38,731 nt of DNA from Deferribacterales bacterium (GTDB taxonomy: Bacteria; Chrysiogenota; Deferribacteres; Deferribacterales; Geovibrionaceae). The DNA is taken from positions 7,657-46,387 of the forward strand of contig JBFWMA010000012.1 in assembly GCA_050251875.1 (NCBI GenBank), in the 5' to 3' direction. Made by a program: the position numbers and the translations under genes. The stretch's first letter is position 1. Each line of letters opens with the position of its first letter. The notes beneath the pieces are model-generated. The model was not told where the DNA came from. It did not search any database and worked only from the letters and a program-made list of their open reading frames with translations. Shown one piece after another: positions 1-10,292 of the stretch.

Positions 1-318
1 CCCACGCTCCGCTCACACTCCGTTCGTTTACGGAGCTAAAAGCTCCGACACTCCTCCGTGAACCGCCTCCTGCGGTTTATATTTCGCATGCGCATCTGGA
101 TATGACTATCTCCAGCACACCGTTCTTTGACAGTTCCGCAGAATTTTTTCATCCATGAAAAAAATTCTGATAACGCTTCGCATGGGTAAAACCCACGCTC
201 CGCTCACACTCCGTTCGTTTACGGAGCTAAAAGCTCCGACACTCCTCCGTGAACCGCCTCCTGCGGTTTATATTTCGCATGCGCATCTGGATATGACTAT
301 CTCCAGCACACCGTTCTT
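1..318. repeat. Direct/tandem repeat, period 191 bp (1-127 identical to 192-318). The unit is the last 51 bp of hsp20 plus a ~140-bp multi-hairpin element; truncated by the window edge.
   Basis: Base-by-base identity 1-127 = 192-318. Hairpins: CGGAGCT-AAA-AGCTCCG, AACCGC-CTCCT-GCGGTT, TGGGT-AAA-ACCCA, CAGAATTTTTTCAT-CC-ATGAAAAAAATTCTG. Confidence 0.95.
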
Positions 319-672
319 CAGTTTGGCGGTGGTGTCGCAGTCTGTGACGCAGAAGGGGAACCTGACGGCTCTTCTGAACCGGAGACTCTCACGCTCCACA
401 CGGACATATCTGACGGAATCCTCCGTCTTTCGGGGACGTATCCCCTCCACAATGAGCAGGTCTTCATACTGGTAAACAGTGAAATCCTCCGGAGACGCTC
501 CGGGCAGATCCACAAAAACCCTGACACGGTCATCAGACACCACAACATCCATGGGCGGTCCCTGTGTTTCCGTGATATCCACCCTGCTGGAATTTACAAA
601 CTTCAGCAGATCATCTATCTCTTTCTTAAAAAGCCCGTGAATGAATCGTATTTTATCCAGTTTTTCCTGCAT
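268..672 (-). CDS. Hsp20/alpha-crystallin family small heat-shock protein
   Basis: PPMDV...VDLPG...LIVEGIR...RVER...FRRAVRFP...AKLKNGVLEI motifs; GGAGG SD upstream. Confidence 0.9.
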   Translation of the reverse strand: MQEKLDKIRFIHGLFKKEIDDLLKFVNSSRVDITETQGPPMDVVVSDDRVRVFVDLPGASPEDFTVYQYEDLLIVEGIRPRKTEDSVRYVRVERESLRFRRAVRFPFCVTDCDTTAKLKNGVLEIVISRCACEI

Positions 673-691
673 GGTTCCGACCTCCGGCGTG

Positions 692-1561
692 TCAGAAACT
701 AGTATCGAGTCCTTTTATAACATTGATGGCGTATTCTCTCATGTCATCACGTTCCAGAGCGAAGTTGACAGCCGCCTCAAAAAGACCGAACTTGTTGCCG
801 CAGTCAAATCTTTTGCCCTCAAATCTGTACCCGTAAACCCTGCTGTTCACCGCAACGTCCAGAATGGCGTCCGTAAGCTGAATCTCGCCGCCGGCTCCGC
901 GTCTGGTGGTTTCCAGAGCGTCCATAACCTCCGGTGTCAGAATATATCTGCCGATGATGGCAAGGTTGGAAGGCGGATTTTCCTTTGGCTTTTCCACCAT
1001 TCCTTCCAGCTTCAGCAGTCTGTCGTCCACCATATCTCCCGGAACGACTATGCCGTATTTCGATGTATCCTCAGAAGGCACCTCCATCAGAGATACCACG
1101 GATTTTTTTGTTCTGTTGAACTGCTCAACCAGCTGAGCCGTGACGGGAACTTTGCTCATGATAATATCGTCAGGCAGGATAACGGCGAAGGGCTCTCTGC
1201 CCACCACATCCTTTGCGCACAGAACGGCGTGTCCCAGCCCGTTCGGGTTTTTCTGTCTGACATAGGTGACATCGCACATATCAGACAGCTTCTGCATCTC
1301 TTCCAGAACATCCAGTTTTCCGGATTCCTTCAGCTGATATTCCAGCTCGGGAGTTCTGTCGAAATGGTCTTCCAGAGCTCTTTTGCTTCTGGCGGAAACA
1401 AATACCACCCGCTCGATCCCCGCCGCTATAACCTCTTCCACCGCATATTGTATCAGGGGTTTATCGATGAGGGTCACCATCTCTTTGGGCATTGATTTCG
1501 TTGCCGGGAGCAGTCTGGTTCCAAGACCTGCCACCGGAAAGACCGCTGTTCTGACTTTCAT
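692..1561 (-). CDS. galU: UTP--glucose-1-phosphate uridylyltransferase
   Basis: AVFPVAGLGTRLLPATKSMPKEM, GLGHAVL, VEKP and GEIQLTDA motifs. Confidence 0.97.
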   Translation of the reverse strand: MKVRTAVFPVAGLGTRLLPATKSMPKEMVTLIDKPLIQYAVEEVIAAGIERVVFVSARSKRALEDHFDRTPELEYQLKESGKLDVLEEMQKLSDMCDVTYVRQKNPNGLGHAVLCAKDVVGREPFAVILPDDIIMSKVPVTAQLVEQFNRTKKSVVSLMEVPSEDTSKYGIVVPGDMVDDRLLKLEGMVEKPKENPPSNLAIIGRYILTPEVMDALETTRRGAGGEIQLTDAILDVAVNSRVYGYRFEGKRFDCGNKFGLFEAAVNFALERDDMREYAINVIKGLDTSF

Positions 1562-1576
1562 GATTATTCCTTATCT

Positions 1577-2371
1577 TTATTTTTTAAAAATTAATCCGGC
1601 ATAGCCGACCACCCTGTCGTGGTCGCCGCTGACATATCCGCTGTGGGTGTGCTCCACCAGCTCGGGCACGGATGCCCCGGCTTTTTTACAGCAGATCAGC
1701 CCGACACAAGCCGGAATAAAACCGCACATGGATATATTATAGTCAATTACTCGCTGAAATAAAAGGTTTTCATCCATTTTTATTAAAGAATCTATAGCAA
1801 TACCGTCTTTTTTCTCTGTAATTTCGGCATTTTCAAAGTGATTGAAGTCGGAACTAACCACAATCAGGCATTTTTTACCGTCTAAAACACTAAAAAGTGT
1901 CTCAGCGGCATCATGAACCAGGGTTATATCCATAAATTTCATGGTTATGCAGACTATTTTCACTTCCGGATTAAAATATCTGAGCATAGGCACTATCACT
2001 TCCAGCGAGTGTTCCCTCTGGTGCGCCCTGTCGTCTCTGGTGAACAGAGGCGATGCAGTCAGCCCGGATATGATGCCGTCATCGGTGGAAACATCCCCCA
2101 GCGGAGTCTGCCACTGTCCTTCCGGATAAACGGATATAGCCGCACCCGCTCCCGTGTGGTTGGGTCCGATGAGAATCACAGTGTCCGGAATATTTACTTT
2201 GGAGAGTGTTTTAAAGGCTGTGGCGCCGGAATAGATATAGCCGGCGTGGGGCACGATGACCGCGCACGCGTCTGTTTTTTCTGCGGAGAGTTCGTTTGAT
2301 CGGAAAAAGTCTAAAAGCTCTTTTTTGTCTGAGGGATAAAAATATCCCGCTACCGCCTGATGTCTGCGCAT
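1577..2371 (-). CDS. amrB: AmmeMemoRadiSam system protein B (MEMO1 family)
   Basis: AVAGYFYP, VPHAGYIYSG, GPNH, EHSLEV, SSDFNH, SMCG and VVGYA motifs. Confidence 0.92.
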   Translation of the reverse strand: MRRHQAVAGYFYPSDKKELLDFFRSNELSAEKTDACAVIVPHAGYIYSGATAFKTLSKVNIPDTVILIGPNHTGAGAAISVYPEGQWQTPLGDVSTDDGIISGLTASPLFTRDDRAHQREHSLEVIVPMLRYFNPEVKIVCITMKFMDITLVHDAAETLFSVLDGKKCLIVVSSDFNHFENAEITEKKDGIAIDSLIKMDENLLFQRVIDYNISMCGFIPACVGLICCKKAGASVPELVEHTHSGYVSGDHDRVVGYAGLIFKK

Positions 2372-3165
2372 AGGTTTTTTCCTACTCTGTCAAACCATTC
2401 GGGCTCCAGTCTGACAGATACGTTGAAGTAACTGTAATCGTTCAATAGAACCAGACCCTTATCTATGTGGTTGATGATCCACGGCATTCTGTTGCGTGAG
2501 ATAATCAGTTCCTTTACCCTTTTGAAGTTGAATTTTTTCAGAAAAGCCATCTGCTGATACAGCATAGCCAGATGATCGTCCTTGCGAGCGCCCACTATCA
2601 GAAGCCTGTTTCCGCTTCTGCACATTTCTATTCTTGAGTTTTTCGTGAAAAAAACAAAATAATCGTTACCCAGCGCCTCTTTCAGATCGAAATCGGTGTC
2701 ATACATAGACAGTTTTTCACTGCCCGCCACGAACTCCATATAGCCGGTGACTATCACGGCGTTTCCATTGTCCTCGACTATATCCGAAAAAGAAGCGGCA
2801 CTGCTGACTGATGAAATCTCCATATTGTTTTCCAGCAGAGATCTGCGCTTCATCAGACAGAGGTCGACTATATCCCCGCAGGTAAAATCTTTTGAAATTC
2901 CTTTGAGCTCTCTTTTTATGGATGAGCTGACGAGTGACGGCAGGATGCCCTTGCGCACCCGCCCGAAACCGGACATTTTACCCTGAGGCTGATCGTTTTT
3001 GAAGAAGGTCATGTATGAGCCTTCATAAAAAACGTGAATATTCTCCGCGTTAACGTCAGGGAACTGCTCGTTTTTTACGAGTTTTACTATATATCCTCTG
3101 CTTCTGATATTCTCCGTCAGCTTCAGAAGGTTGGGTGACGGATTTAAAAAAATGAAATCAGACAT
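2350..3165 (-). CDS. Hypothetical protein (271 aa)
   Basis: Long ORF coupled to mqnE (TGATG overlap) and overlapping the amrB start; no motif recognised. Confidence 0.75.
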   Translation of the reverse strand: MSDFIFLNPSPNLLKLTENIRSRGYIVKLVKNEQFPDVNAENIHVFYEGSYMTFFKNDQPQGKMSGFGRVRKGILPSLVSSSIKRELKGISKDFTCGDIVDLCLMKRRSLLENNMEISSVSSAASFSDIVEDNGNAVIVTGYMEFVAGSEKLSMYDTDFDLKEALGNDYFVFFTKNSRIEMCRSGNRLLIVGARKDDHLAMLYQQMAFLKKFNFKRVKELIISRNRMPWIINHIDKGLVLLNDYSYFNVSVRLEPEWFDRVGKNLCADIRR

Positions 3166-4223
3166 CAGCCGTACACCTTTATCTCGTTATATAGAGCGTC
3201 CCTCTCCACAGCGACAAGTCCGGCGGAAGAGACGAACTCTGCCAGCGCCTCCGCTGTGAGTCCCTCGCTGCTGGTGGCTCCGGCGGCGTGGGTTATATTC
3301 TCTTTGATAATAGTTCCGTCCAGGTCATCCGCGCCGAAACGCAGAGCTATCTGGGCGGTCTTCTCACCCAGCATAACCCAGTATGCCTTAATGTGAGGCA
3401 CATTATCCAGTATAATTCGTGACACTGCCACCGTCTTCAGGTCTTCTATCCCGGTGGACGGCGGATTATCCTGAAGAAACGTATTCTCCGGATGAAAAGA
3501 CAGCGGGATGAACGCCAGAAAACCTTTCGTTTTCTCCTGAAGATTCCTGATGGTCTCCAGATGCGCCATCTTGTGCTCATCTTTTTCTATATGTCCGTAA
3601 AGCATTGTAGCATTGGTAAGTATTCCGTTATTGTGCGCTGTCTCGTGTATCTCCAGCCATCTTTCGGCGGGTATCTTCTCCGGACAGATCACACGTCTGA
3701 CCTCCGGAGCGAAAATCTCCGCCCCGCCTCCCGGCATCATCTCCAGCCCGGCTTTTTTCAGCTCTTTCAGAACATTTTCCACACTCAGACCGGATATGGC
3801 TGAGAAATAGTCTATCTCAACGGCGCTGAACGCCTTGATAACTTTTTCAGGAAATGATGTTTTGAGCGCACTCACGGCGTCAGTATAGAAAGAGAAAGGT
3901 TTTGACGGATGCAGACCGCCCACAATGTGGATTTCTCTGGCATCCGGCGCTTTTTCAGCGACATAGTTAACCATGCCGTCTATCTCGAAAAGATATGCGC
4001 CCTCGTCCCCTTCGTCTTTGGCAAACGCGCAGAAACGGCATTTGCTCACACAGATGTTTGTATAGTTCAGATGCAGGTTACGAACGAAAAAAGTTTTTTT
4101 GCCCCACATCCTGTTTCTTATATCGTCAGCCTGTCTGCCAAGCTCTAAAAAGTCTTTTGAAAAAAGGTTTTCCACTAAAGGTCTCCGGAATGCTTCTTCG
4201 GTACGCTTCTGAGAAATTAACAC
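3165..4223 (-). CDS. mqnE: Aminofutalosine synthase MqnE (CofH/MqnC-like radical SAM)
   Basis: NYTNICVSKCRFCAF (CxxxCxxC), EIHIVGGLHP, MPGGGAEIF, NATMLYGHIE, HIKAYWVMLG, GADDLDGT; GTG start. Confidence 0.85.
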   Translation of the reverse strand: MLISQKRTEEAFRRPLVENLFSKDFLELGRQADDIRNRMWGKKTFFVRNLHLNYTNICVSKCRFCAFAKDEGDEGAYLFEIDGMVNYVAEKAPDAREIHIVGGLHPSKPFSFYTDAVSALKTSFPEKVIKAFSAVEIDYFSAISGLSVENVLKELKKAGLEMMPGGGAEIFAPEVRRVICPEKIPAERWLEIHETAHNNGILTNATMLYGHIEKDEHKMAHLETIRNLQEKTKGFLAFIPLSFHPENTFLQDNPPSTGIEDLKTVAVSRIILDNVPHIKAYWVMLGEKTAQIALRFGADDLDGTIIKENITHAAGATSSEGLTAEALAEFVSSAGLVAVERDALYNEIKVYG

Positions 4224-4274
4224 AGAGGCTATCTTTAATCAACAGTATAAATGGGAAAGGCAGGTCAGAATCAC

Positions 4275-5579
4275 CTAAGGCTGGCACTCGAAAGAACCGC
4301 CCTCGAACATCTGGGCATTGTTGCGTCCCTTGCCCTTAGCCTCATAGAGAGCGATATCAGCCTTCTGAACAAAGCTGTCGATGGTGTCTGTGGACGAGAA
4401 GTCCGCCACACCAAAACTACAGGTAACCTCTTTACAGATAGGAAAATTATGACTGGCTATAGAAAGACGCAGACGGTCGGCTATCTCGAAAGCTCCCTTA
4501 GCGTCTGTTCCCGGCATCAGAACGGCAAATTCCTCGCCGCCGTATCTCGCCAGAACATCCGTCTTGCGAATCACTTTTCTGATTATCTCTGTCAGCTCTA
4601 TCAGCACCTTGTCGCCAACGGTGTGTCCGTATACGTCATTTATGTTTTTGAAATAGTCGGCGTCCATCATTATCAGAGACAGTTTCTGACCGTATCTGTT
4701 GACCCTGTCCACCTCTTTATCCAGCTCATCGAAAAACTTTTTGCGGTTATAGACTTTCGTCAGGGGGTCCTGAAGAGAAAGAATGCGGTAGAGCTGTTTC
4801 TCGCTCTCCAGATGTGTTACGTCTGTGAAAGAAAGCAGCCATCCGCCTTTGTTCGGCACCTGCTTTACTGTGAGCATGAAAGTTGATTCCTTCTCATCCT
4901 CGCTGGTGTCCGGTCTCATAACGACTATCCTGCTGGTCTGTTTGTCGGAGGCGGCTGTTTCCACCCAGTCAGATATCTTCTTTCCGGCGTAAAAGGAATC
5001 GTCCTTCTCCACAAAAGCCTTGTCCAGAGAACCGTAACGCAGGGTAAAGTCCTCCAGCCCGGTACATTTCAGAAAGCTCAGAAAAGAATCGTTCAGATAT
5101 GTGCACTTGTCGCCGTCCACTGTCGCCAGAAAGTTAGGGTTAAGATCCATAACCTCCCGCAGAAAGATCAGCTGCTGAGCCATCTCTTTCTTCAGAATGA
5201 CAGCGGCGGACAGATGCATGATAACATCGATAAGCGCTCTGAAATCCACGGGTTTTTTTATATATTTGTCCACGCCGACATCTATCGCCTTGAGCAGAAA
5301 CTCTTCGTCATTGTGCCCAGTGGTGATTATGATGGGGGTATCAGGAGATATCTCTTTGATCTTCTTCGCCATGGTGAGCCCGTCCATGACAGGCATGCGG
5401 ATATCTGTGACAACGATATCGGGTCTGACGCTCTGAAACAGCTCAAAACCCTCCGCCCCGTTCGCCGCCAGAGCTATTTTGCCCGAGCGCCTCTGAAAGA
5501 ATCTTAAAAGACCCTCTCTGATGGCGGGTTCGTCCTCAACATATAAAATTGAAATATCGGAAAAACTGTCTATTTTCAT
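4275..5579 (-). CDS. Response-regulator diguanylate cyclase (REC-linker/PAS-like-GGDEF)
   Basis: ILYVEDE...VVTDIRMPVMDG receiver domain; DPLT...RKTDVLARYGGEEF (RxxD I-site plus GGEEF). Start moved to the ATG at 5579. Confidence 0.92.
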   Translation of the reverse strand: MKIDSFSDISILYVEDEPAIREGLLRFFQRRSGKIALAANGAEGFELFQSVRPDIVVTDIRMPVMDGLTMAKKIKEISPDTPIIITTGHNDEEFLLKAIDVGVDKYIKKPVDFRALIDVIMHLSAAVILKKEMAQQLIFLREVMDLNPNFLATVDGDKCTYLNDSFLSFLKCTGLEDFTLRYGSLDKAFVEKDDSFYAGKKISDWVETAASDKQTSRIVVMRPDTSEDEKESTFMLTVKQVPNKGGWLLSFTDVTHLESEKQLYRILSLQDPLTKVYNRKKFFDELDKEVDRVNRYGQKLSLIMMDADYFKNINDVYGHTVGDKVLIELTEIIRKVIRKTDVLARYGGEEFAVLMPGTDAKGAFEIADRLRLSIASHNFPICKEVTCSFGVADFSSTDTIDSFVQKADIALYEAKGKGRNNAQMFEGGSFECQP

Positions 5580-5656
5580 TCCACACCGAGAATTTTCAAA
5601 ATTGTAACACCATTCGGCAACAATAAAAAGAAGATATTTACATTTATTATACACAT

Positions 5657-5689
5657 AAAAAAAGCCCGCACGCAACAGCATACGGGCTT
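5657..5689 (-). terminator. Intrinsic terminator after the downstream nhaB copy
   Basis: Minus strand GCCCGTATGC-loop-GCGTGCGGGC followed by T7. Confidence 0.8.
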
Positions 5690-5713
5690 ATAAAATTTAG
5701 AAAAACCGCAATA

Positions 5714-7252
5714 TCACAAAAGATATATTGTGGCAAGATATCCTACTATACTCATCACGATGGTGTATGGCAGCGCCAGCTTTACCATCTCCATATAAGA
5801 CAGCCTGATGACGGGAGCCAGAGCGGATGTCAAAAGGAAAAGGAAAGCCGCCTGACCGTTGGGTGTCGCCACAGAGGGAATGTTGGTTCCCATGTTGATG
5901 GATACCGCCAGCTTGGCGAAATGTTCGAGTCTCTGAAAGTTTTCAGGAGACAGATCGCTGGCGTGGTGTCCCAGCAGCGGCACGACATCTTTGAAGTGGC
6001 TCGCCGTTTCGTTCATATATACAGTGGCAACGAATACGTTGTCGGATATGGACGACAGAACGCCGTTCGCTATAAAATAAGCTCCGAGCTGGTGGCTGCC
6101 CTCAAGCCCCAGAACATATCCGATGATAGGCTTAAAAAGCTCCTGATCGTGGATGACCGCCACTATGGCGAAGAAAACAACCAGAAGAGCCGTGAAAGGA
6201 AGCGACTCGGTGAAGGCATGACCTATCTCGTGTTCGCTGACTATGCCGTTCAGAGCGGTCAGGAGCACTATGAGAGTCAGACCGATTACGCCGACCTCTG
6301 CGAGGTGAAGAGCCAGAGAGATAACCAGAGCCACGCCCAGAATACCCTGCACGATGAGCCTCAGCTTGCCCGCTGTGTCTCTTTCGTCAGTATCTTTCTG
6401 AACATTCTTTTTCAGAACGTCATACACGTTCTGGGGCATCTGAAATCCATAGCCCATTATCTTTACTTTTTCCAGAGCCAGACATGTCAGAAGACCCGCT
6501 ATCAGAACAGGAATGGACACGGGGGCAGAGTGAAAAAAGAAATCAGGAAAGTGCCATTTCATGCTTTCGCCGATGATAAGGTTCTGAGGCTCGCCCACCA
6601 GTGTGGTGGCGCCGCCCAGAGCTGTTCCCACAGCGGCGTGCATCATCAGGTTTCTTAAAAAACCTTTGAACTGTTCCAGATCGGCTTTGTGTTCCTCCGG
6701 AATACTGTCATCGTTGTCTATGCTGTATTCATCGTCTGAATGGTTTGAAGCATAGCTGTGATATACGCCGTAAAAACCGTATGCCACGGATATGATAACG
6801 GCGGTGACTGTCAGAGCGTCCAGAAACGCTGAAAGAAAAGCCCCGGCAAAGCAGAAAAGCAGAGACAGAAGCATCTTGGAGCGAATCTTGATAAGGAGTC
6901 TGGAGAAGAAGAAGAGCAGACCCTCCTTCATAAAATAGATAGCGGCGACCATGAACATCAGAAGCATGATAACAGGAAAGTTAGCGTGCGCCTCGTGATA
7001 TACGGAAGCCGGAGAGGTCATCCCCATGACCACAGTTTCAAAAGCAATAAGCCCGGCAGGAGGCAGAGGATAGCACTTCAGCGCCATCGCCAGAGTGAAT
7101 ATGAATTCGATGATGACGACCCAGCCGGTGAAAAAAGAACCCGCTACAGCTAAAAGAATAGGATTAATAATAAGGAAAGAGAGGATGGTGAGCTTGTACC
7201 AGTCTGGCGACTCACCGAGAAAGTTTCTGGTAAACACTTTACCCATGTTCAT
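5714..7252 (-). CDS. nhaB: Na+/H+ antiporter NhaB (paralog 2)
   Basis: NFLGx[64 protein letters not shown]. Confidence 0.95.
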   Translation of the reverse strand: MNMGKVFTRNFLGESPDWYKLTILSFLIINPILLAVAGSFFTGWVVIIEFIFTLAMALKCYPLPPAGLIAFETVVMGMTSPASVYHEAHANFPVIMLLMFMVAAIYFMKEGLLFFFSRLLIKIRSKMLLSLLFCFAGAFLSAFLDALTVTAVIISVAYGFYGVYHSYASNHSDDEYSIDNDDSIPEEHKADLEQFKGFLRNLMMHAAVGTALGGATTLVGEPQNLIIGESMKWHFPDFFFHSAPVSIPVLIAGLLTCLALEKVKIMGYGFQMPQNVYDVLKKNVQKDTDERDTAGKLRLIVQGILGVALVISLALHLAEVGVIGLTLIVLLTALNGIVSEHEIGHAFTESLPFTALLVVFFAIVAVIHDQELFKPIIGYVLGLEGSHQLGAYFIANGVLSSISDNVFVATVYMNETASHFKDVVPLLGHHASDLSPENFQRLEHFAKLAVSINMGTNIPSVATPNGQAAFLFLLTSALAPVIRLSYMEMVKLALPYTIVMSIVGYLATIYLL

Positions 7253-7293
7253 TGCCTTTTACTCCTTAGAAAGTTGATCAGAATAAACAGACA

Positions 7294-7322
7294 ATTTTAC
7301 AAAACTAAGTATGCAAAAACAA
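7294..7322 (-). promoter_or_regulatory. Putative sigma70 promoter of nhaB paralog 2
   Basis: TTGTTT-N17-TAAAAT on the minus strand; AAGGAG SD near 7262-7267. Confidence 0.45.
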
Positions 7323-7377
7323 GGATTATAATTGGGCGGACAAAAATTTGTCTTCTATGTATAAGTATTTTACACAG

Positions 7378-7409
7378 AAAAAAAAGCCCCGGAAAAACCG
7401 GGGCTTTTT
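7378..7409 (-). terminator. Intrinsic terminator between the two nhaB copies
   Basis: GCCCCGG-loop-CCGGGGC stem with A8 on one side and T5 on the other. Confidence 0.88.
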
Positions 7410-7419
7410 GTAAATATTA

Positions 7420-8958
7420 TCAGAGAACATATATAGTGGCGAGAAAGCCCACTATACTCATCACGATGGTGTAGGGCAGAGCCAGCTTAACCATCTCCAT
7501 GTATGACAGCCTGATGAGGGGCGCCAGAGCGGATGTCAGCAGGAACAGAAACGCCGCCTGACCGTTGGGTGTCGCCACTGAGGGGATGTTGGTTCCCATG
7601 TTGATGGAAACAGCCAGCTTGGCGAAGTGCTCCAGCTTTTCAAAATTTTCAGGAGACAGGTCATAGGCATGGTGTCCCAGAAGGGGCGCTACCTCGCTGA
7701 AATGCGCATAGGTCTCGTTCATATAAACAGTAGCGACAAAGACGTTATCCGAAATAGCGGAAAGAACGCCGTTCGCTATGAAATAAGCCCCCAGCTGAGC
7801 CTGTCCGCTCATGCTGAGAACATAGTTGATAACGGGTTTGAAAAGATGCTGATCGTGAATCACGGCGACAATGGCGAAGAAAACAACCAGAAGAGCCGTG
7901 AAAGGCAGAGATTCGGTGAAGGCGTGACCTATCTCGTGTTCGCTTATGATACCGTTGAAGGCTGTCAGCAGAACTATCAGAAACAGACCGATAACGCCGA
8001 CCTCAGCCAGGTGCAGAGCCAGAGACACAACCAGAACAACACCCATGGATGCCTGAACCATCAGTCTCAGACGTCCGGCCTTGTCCATTTCGCTCATCTC
8101 TTTCTCAACGTTCTTTTTCAGCACGTCATATACGTTCTGGGGCAGCTGATAGCCGTATCCCATGATTTTTATTTTTTCCAGAATAACACAAGTGATGAGA
8201 CCTGCTATCAGAACAGGGATGGAAACGGGCATGGAGTGCAGGAAGAAATCGGCGAAGTGCCATTTCATCTTCTCTCCGATGATAAGGTTCTGAGGCTCGC
8301 CCACCAGTGTTGTCGCTCCGCCGAGAGCTGTACCCACGGCGGCGTGCATCATCAGGTTTCTTAAAAAGCCTTTGAAAAGTTCCAGATCGGTCTTGTGTTC
8401 TTCCGGAACAGCGGAATCATCCTCGATGGAATATTCGTCATCCTCGTGGTTGGAAGCATAGCTGTGGTAAACACCGTAAAAACCGTATGCCACGGCGATG
8501 ATAACGGCGGTAACAGTCAGAGCGTCCAGAAACGCTGAAAGAAAAGCTCCCGCAAAGCAGAAAAGCAGAGAGAGCATCATCTTGGAGCGGACATTTATAA
8601 GCAGTTTGGTGAATATGAACAGCAGTCCGTCTTTCATGAAGTGGATACCTGCCACCATGAACATCAGAAGCATGATAACGGGAAAGTTAGCGTGTGTTTC
8701 ATGATATACGGTAGCGGGTGATGTCAGCCCCATCACGACAGTCTCAAGAGCGATGAGACCCGCCGGAGGCAGAGGATAACATTTCAGCGCCATGGCGAGT
8801 GTGAAGATGAACTCCAGAATAATCACCCAGCCGGTGGCGAAAGGACCGATAAGTCCCAGCAGTATAGGGTTTGCGATCAGAAAGCACAGAATGGTTAATT
8901 TGTACCAGTCAGGAGCCTCCCCCAGAAAGTTCTTCGTAAAAACTTTGCCCATATTCAT
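7420..8958 (-). CDS. nhaB: Na+/H+ antiporter NhaB (paralog 1)
   Basis: Same NhaB motifs; 512 aa, colinear with 5714..7252. Confidence 0.95.
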   Translation of the reverse strand: MNMGKVFTKNFLGEAPDWYKLTILCFLIANPILLGLIGPFATGWVIILEFIFTLAMALKCYPLPPAGLIALETVVMGLTSPATVYHETHANFPVIMLLMFMVAGIHFMKDGLLFIFTKLLINVRSKMMLSLLFCFAGAFLSAFLDALTVTAVIIAVAYGFYGVYHSYASNHEDDEYSIEDDSAVPEEHKTDLELFKGFLRNLMMHAAVGTALGGATTLVGEPQNLIIGEKMKWHFADFFLHSMPVSIPVLIAGLITCVILEKIKIMGYGYQLPQNVYDVLKKNVEKEMSEMDKAGRLRLMVQASMGVVLVVSLALHLAEVGVIGLFLIVLLTAFNGIISEHEIGHAFTESLPFTALLVVFFAIVAVIHDQHLFKPVINYVLSMSGQAQLGAYFIANGVLSAISDNVFVATVYMNETYAHFSEVAPLLGHHAYDLSPENFEKLEHFAKLAVSINMGTNIPSVATPNGQAAFLFLLTSALAPLIRLSYMEMVKLALPYTIVMSIVGFLATIYVL

Positions 8959-8993
8959 ATTGTTTCTCCTTAGCTGTTTGTAAACATTGCTAA

Positions 8994-9022
8994 ATATTAA
9001 CGGACAATACAGCTAAAAACAA
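8994..9022 (-). promoter_or_regulatory. Putative sigma70 promoter of nhaB paralog 1
   Basis: TTGTTT-N17-TAATAT on the minus strand; AAGGAG SD near 8966-8971. Confidence 0.45.
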
Positions 9023-9112
9023 TAAATATCGGCAAATCTTACACAAAAAAGTTCACTACATAAAAGTTTCTTAAAAATAACTGAAAGGGGAAAAATACTG
9101 TGGGCAAACAGT

Positions 9113-10291
9113 TTAATACAAAACAGCTTTTACGCTGTCGCCTTTTTTCAGGCTCCCTTTTGTCTCGTCCAGAAGCAGAAGGGCGTTCACCACGGCGAAG
9201 CTGTTGAAGTGGGATGTTTTCTGAGTGCCTGCGTCATAGGCGGTCAGTTTTCCGTTTTCTGACCTTACCACGGCACGGTTGATGTCGAACCTGCCCTCTC
9301 TGGACGGCGTGTCAGATCCCATCACCACCTCCACGGGGGCGATGTCGTGGTCTGATCTTCCGTATGCCTTTTTCAGAGCGGGGAGAACATAGAAAAGCAG
9401 ATTGGTGAGAAAAGCCGCCGGGTATCCCGGCATGCCGATAAAGACGCATCCGTCCTTAACAGCGGTCATCAGCGGACTTCCCGGCTTGATGGCTGTGCGC
9501 TGAAAGAGAACCTCGTACCCGCATGTGGTAAAGACCTCTTTCACATAGTCATATTTGCCCATGGATATCCCGCCGGAGGATATTATTATGTCATATTCCT
9601 CAGACATCTTTTCAAAAGCCTCTTTCACTTCGTCCCTGCTGTCCTTCACATGTCCGGCATAGTGGAAATCGAAATGAGCGCCTCTGAAAAAAGACTCCAG
9701 AATATATTTATTTGTATTATATACGAATCCTTTCTGATATTCGTCACCCGCCTCCAGAATCTCGTCACCGGTGACAAATATCCCGATCTTCGGACGTTTA
9801 TATACCTCGACTGTGTGTTTTCCGATATAGAAAAGCACAGGATAAAGTCCCTTCTCAATCACGGCGCCTTTTCGGGCGATGATGTCCCCTGCGGAGTTTT
9901 CCTCGGCTATACTGTTGATGTTGTCGCCTTTTTTCTGATCCGGCACAGAGATTACATCTCCCTCAGCGGAACAGTCCTCCACACGGCTCACGGCGTCTGC
10001 GCCTTCCGGCACATTGCCCCCAGTCATAACGAAAACTGTCTCGCCGCCGATGATCTTCTCAGCGCCTTTTCTGCCCGCTCCCGTCTCTCCTATCAGCGTG
10101 TATGATTCACTGCCTATGATATGGGCGTAACCGTCCACAGCGGATTTCCGGCAGTCCGGAAAATCTCTGGGAGCGGTGATGTCCTCCGCCAGCACACGTC
10201 CGAAGCTGTCTGTGACAGACACCTCTTCCGTGCCGATGGTATTCATTATGGAATATAATATTTCTCTGGCTTTGAATCTGTCTACTTTCAT
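9113..10291 (-). CDS. moeA: Molybdopterin molybdotransferase MoeA
   Basis: GRVLAEDI, SAVDGYA, MTGGNVPEGADAV, TGDEI, SGGISMGKYD, IKPG, GMPGYP. Confidence 0.92.
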   Translation of the reverse strand: MKVDRFKAREILYSIMNTIGTEEVSVTDSFGRVLAEDITAPRDFPDCRKSAVDGYAHIIGSESYTLIGETGAGRKGAEKIIGGETVFVMTGGNVPEGADAVSRVEDCSAEGDVISVPDQKKGDNINSIAEENSAGDIIARKGAVIEKGLYPVLFYIGKHTVEVYKRPKIGIFVTGDEILEAGDEYQKGFVYNTNKYILESFFRGAHFDFHYAGHVKDSRDEVKEAFEKMSEEYDIIISSGGISMGKYDYVKEVFTTCGYEVLFQRTAIKPGSPLMTAVKDGCVFIGMPGYPAAFLTNLLFYVLPALKKAYGRSDHDIAPVEVVMGSDTPSREGRFDINRAVVRSENGKLTAYDAGTQKTSHFNSFAVVNALLLLDETKGSLKKGDSVKAVLY

Positions 10292-10292
10292 A

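Noticed and set aside
1..318. CRISPR array
   Set aside because: The unit is 191 bp with no unique spacers between short repeats, and there are no cas genes.
155..475. 106-aa plus-strand ORF starting in the repeat
   Set aside because: Runs through palindromic repeat DNA and antisense to hsp20; no SD or motif.
1577..4223. Complete AmmeMemoRadiSam system (amrB plus radical SAM)
   Set aside because: The radical SAM has MqnE/CofH motifs rather than AmrS motifs, and no AmmeCR1-like gene is present.
5921..8364. Two similar 245-aa plus-strand ORFs
   Set aside because: Antisense shadows of the duplicated nhaB genes.
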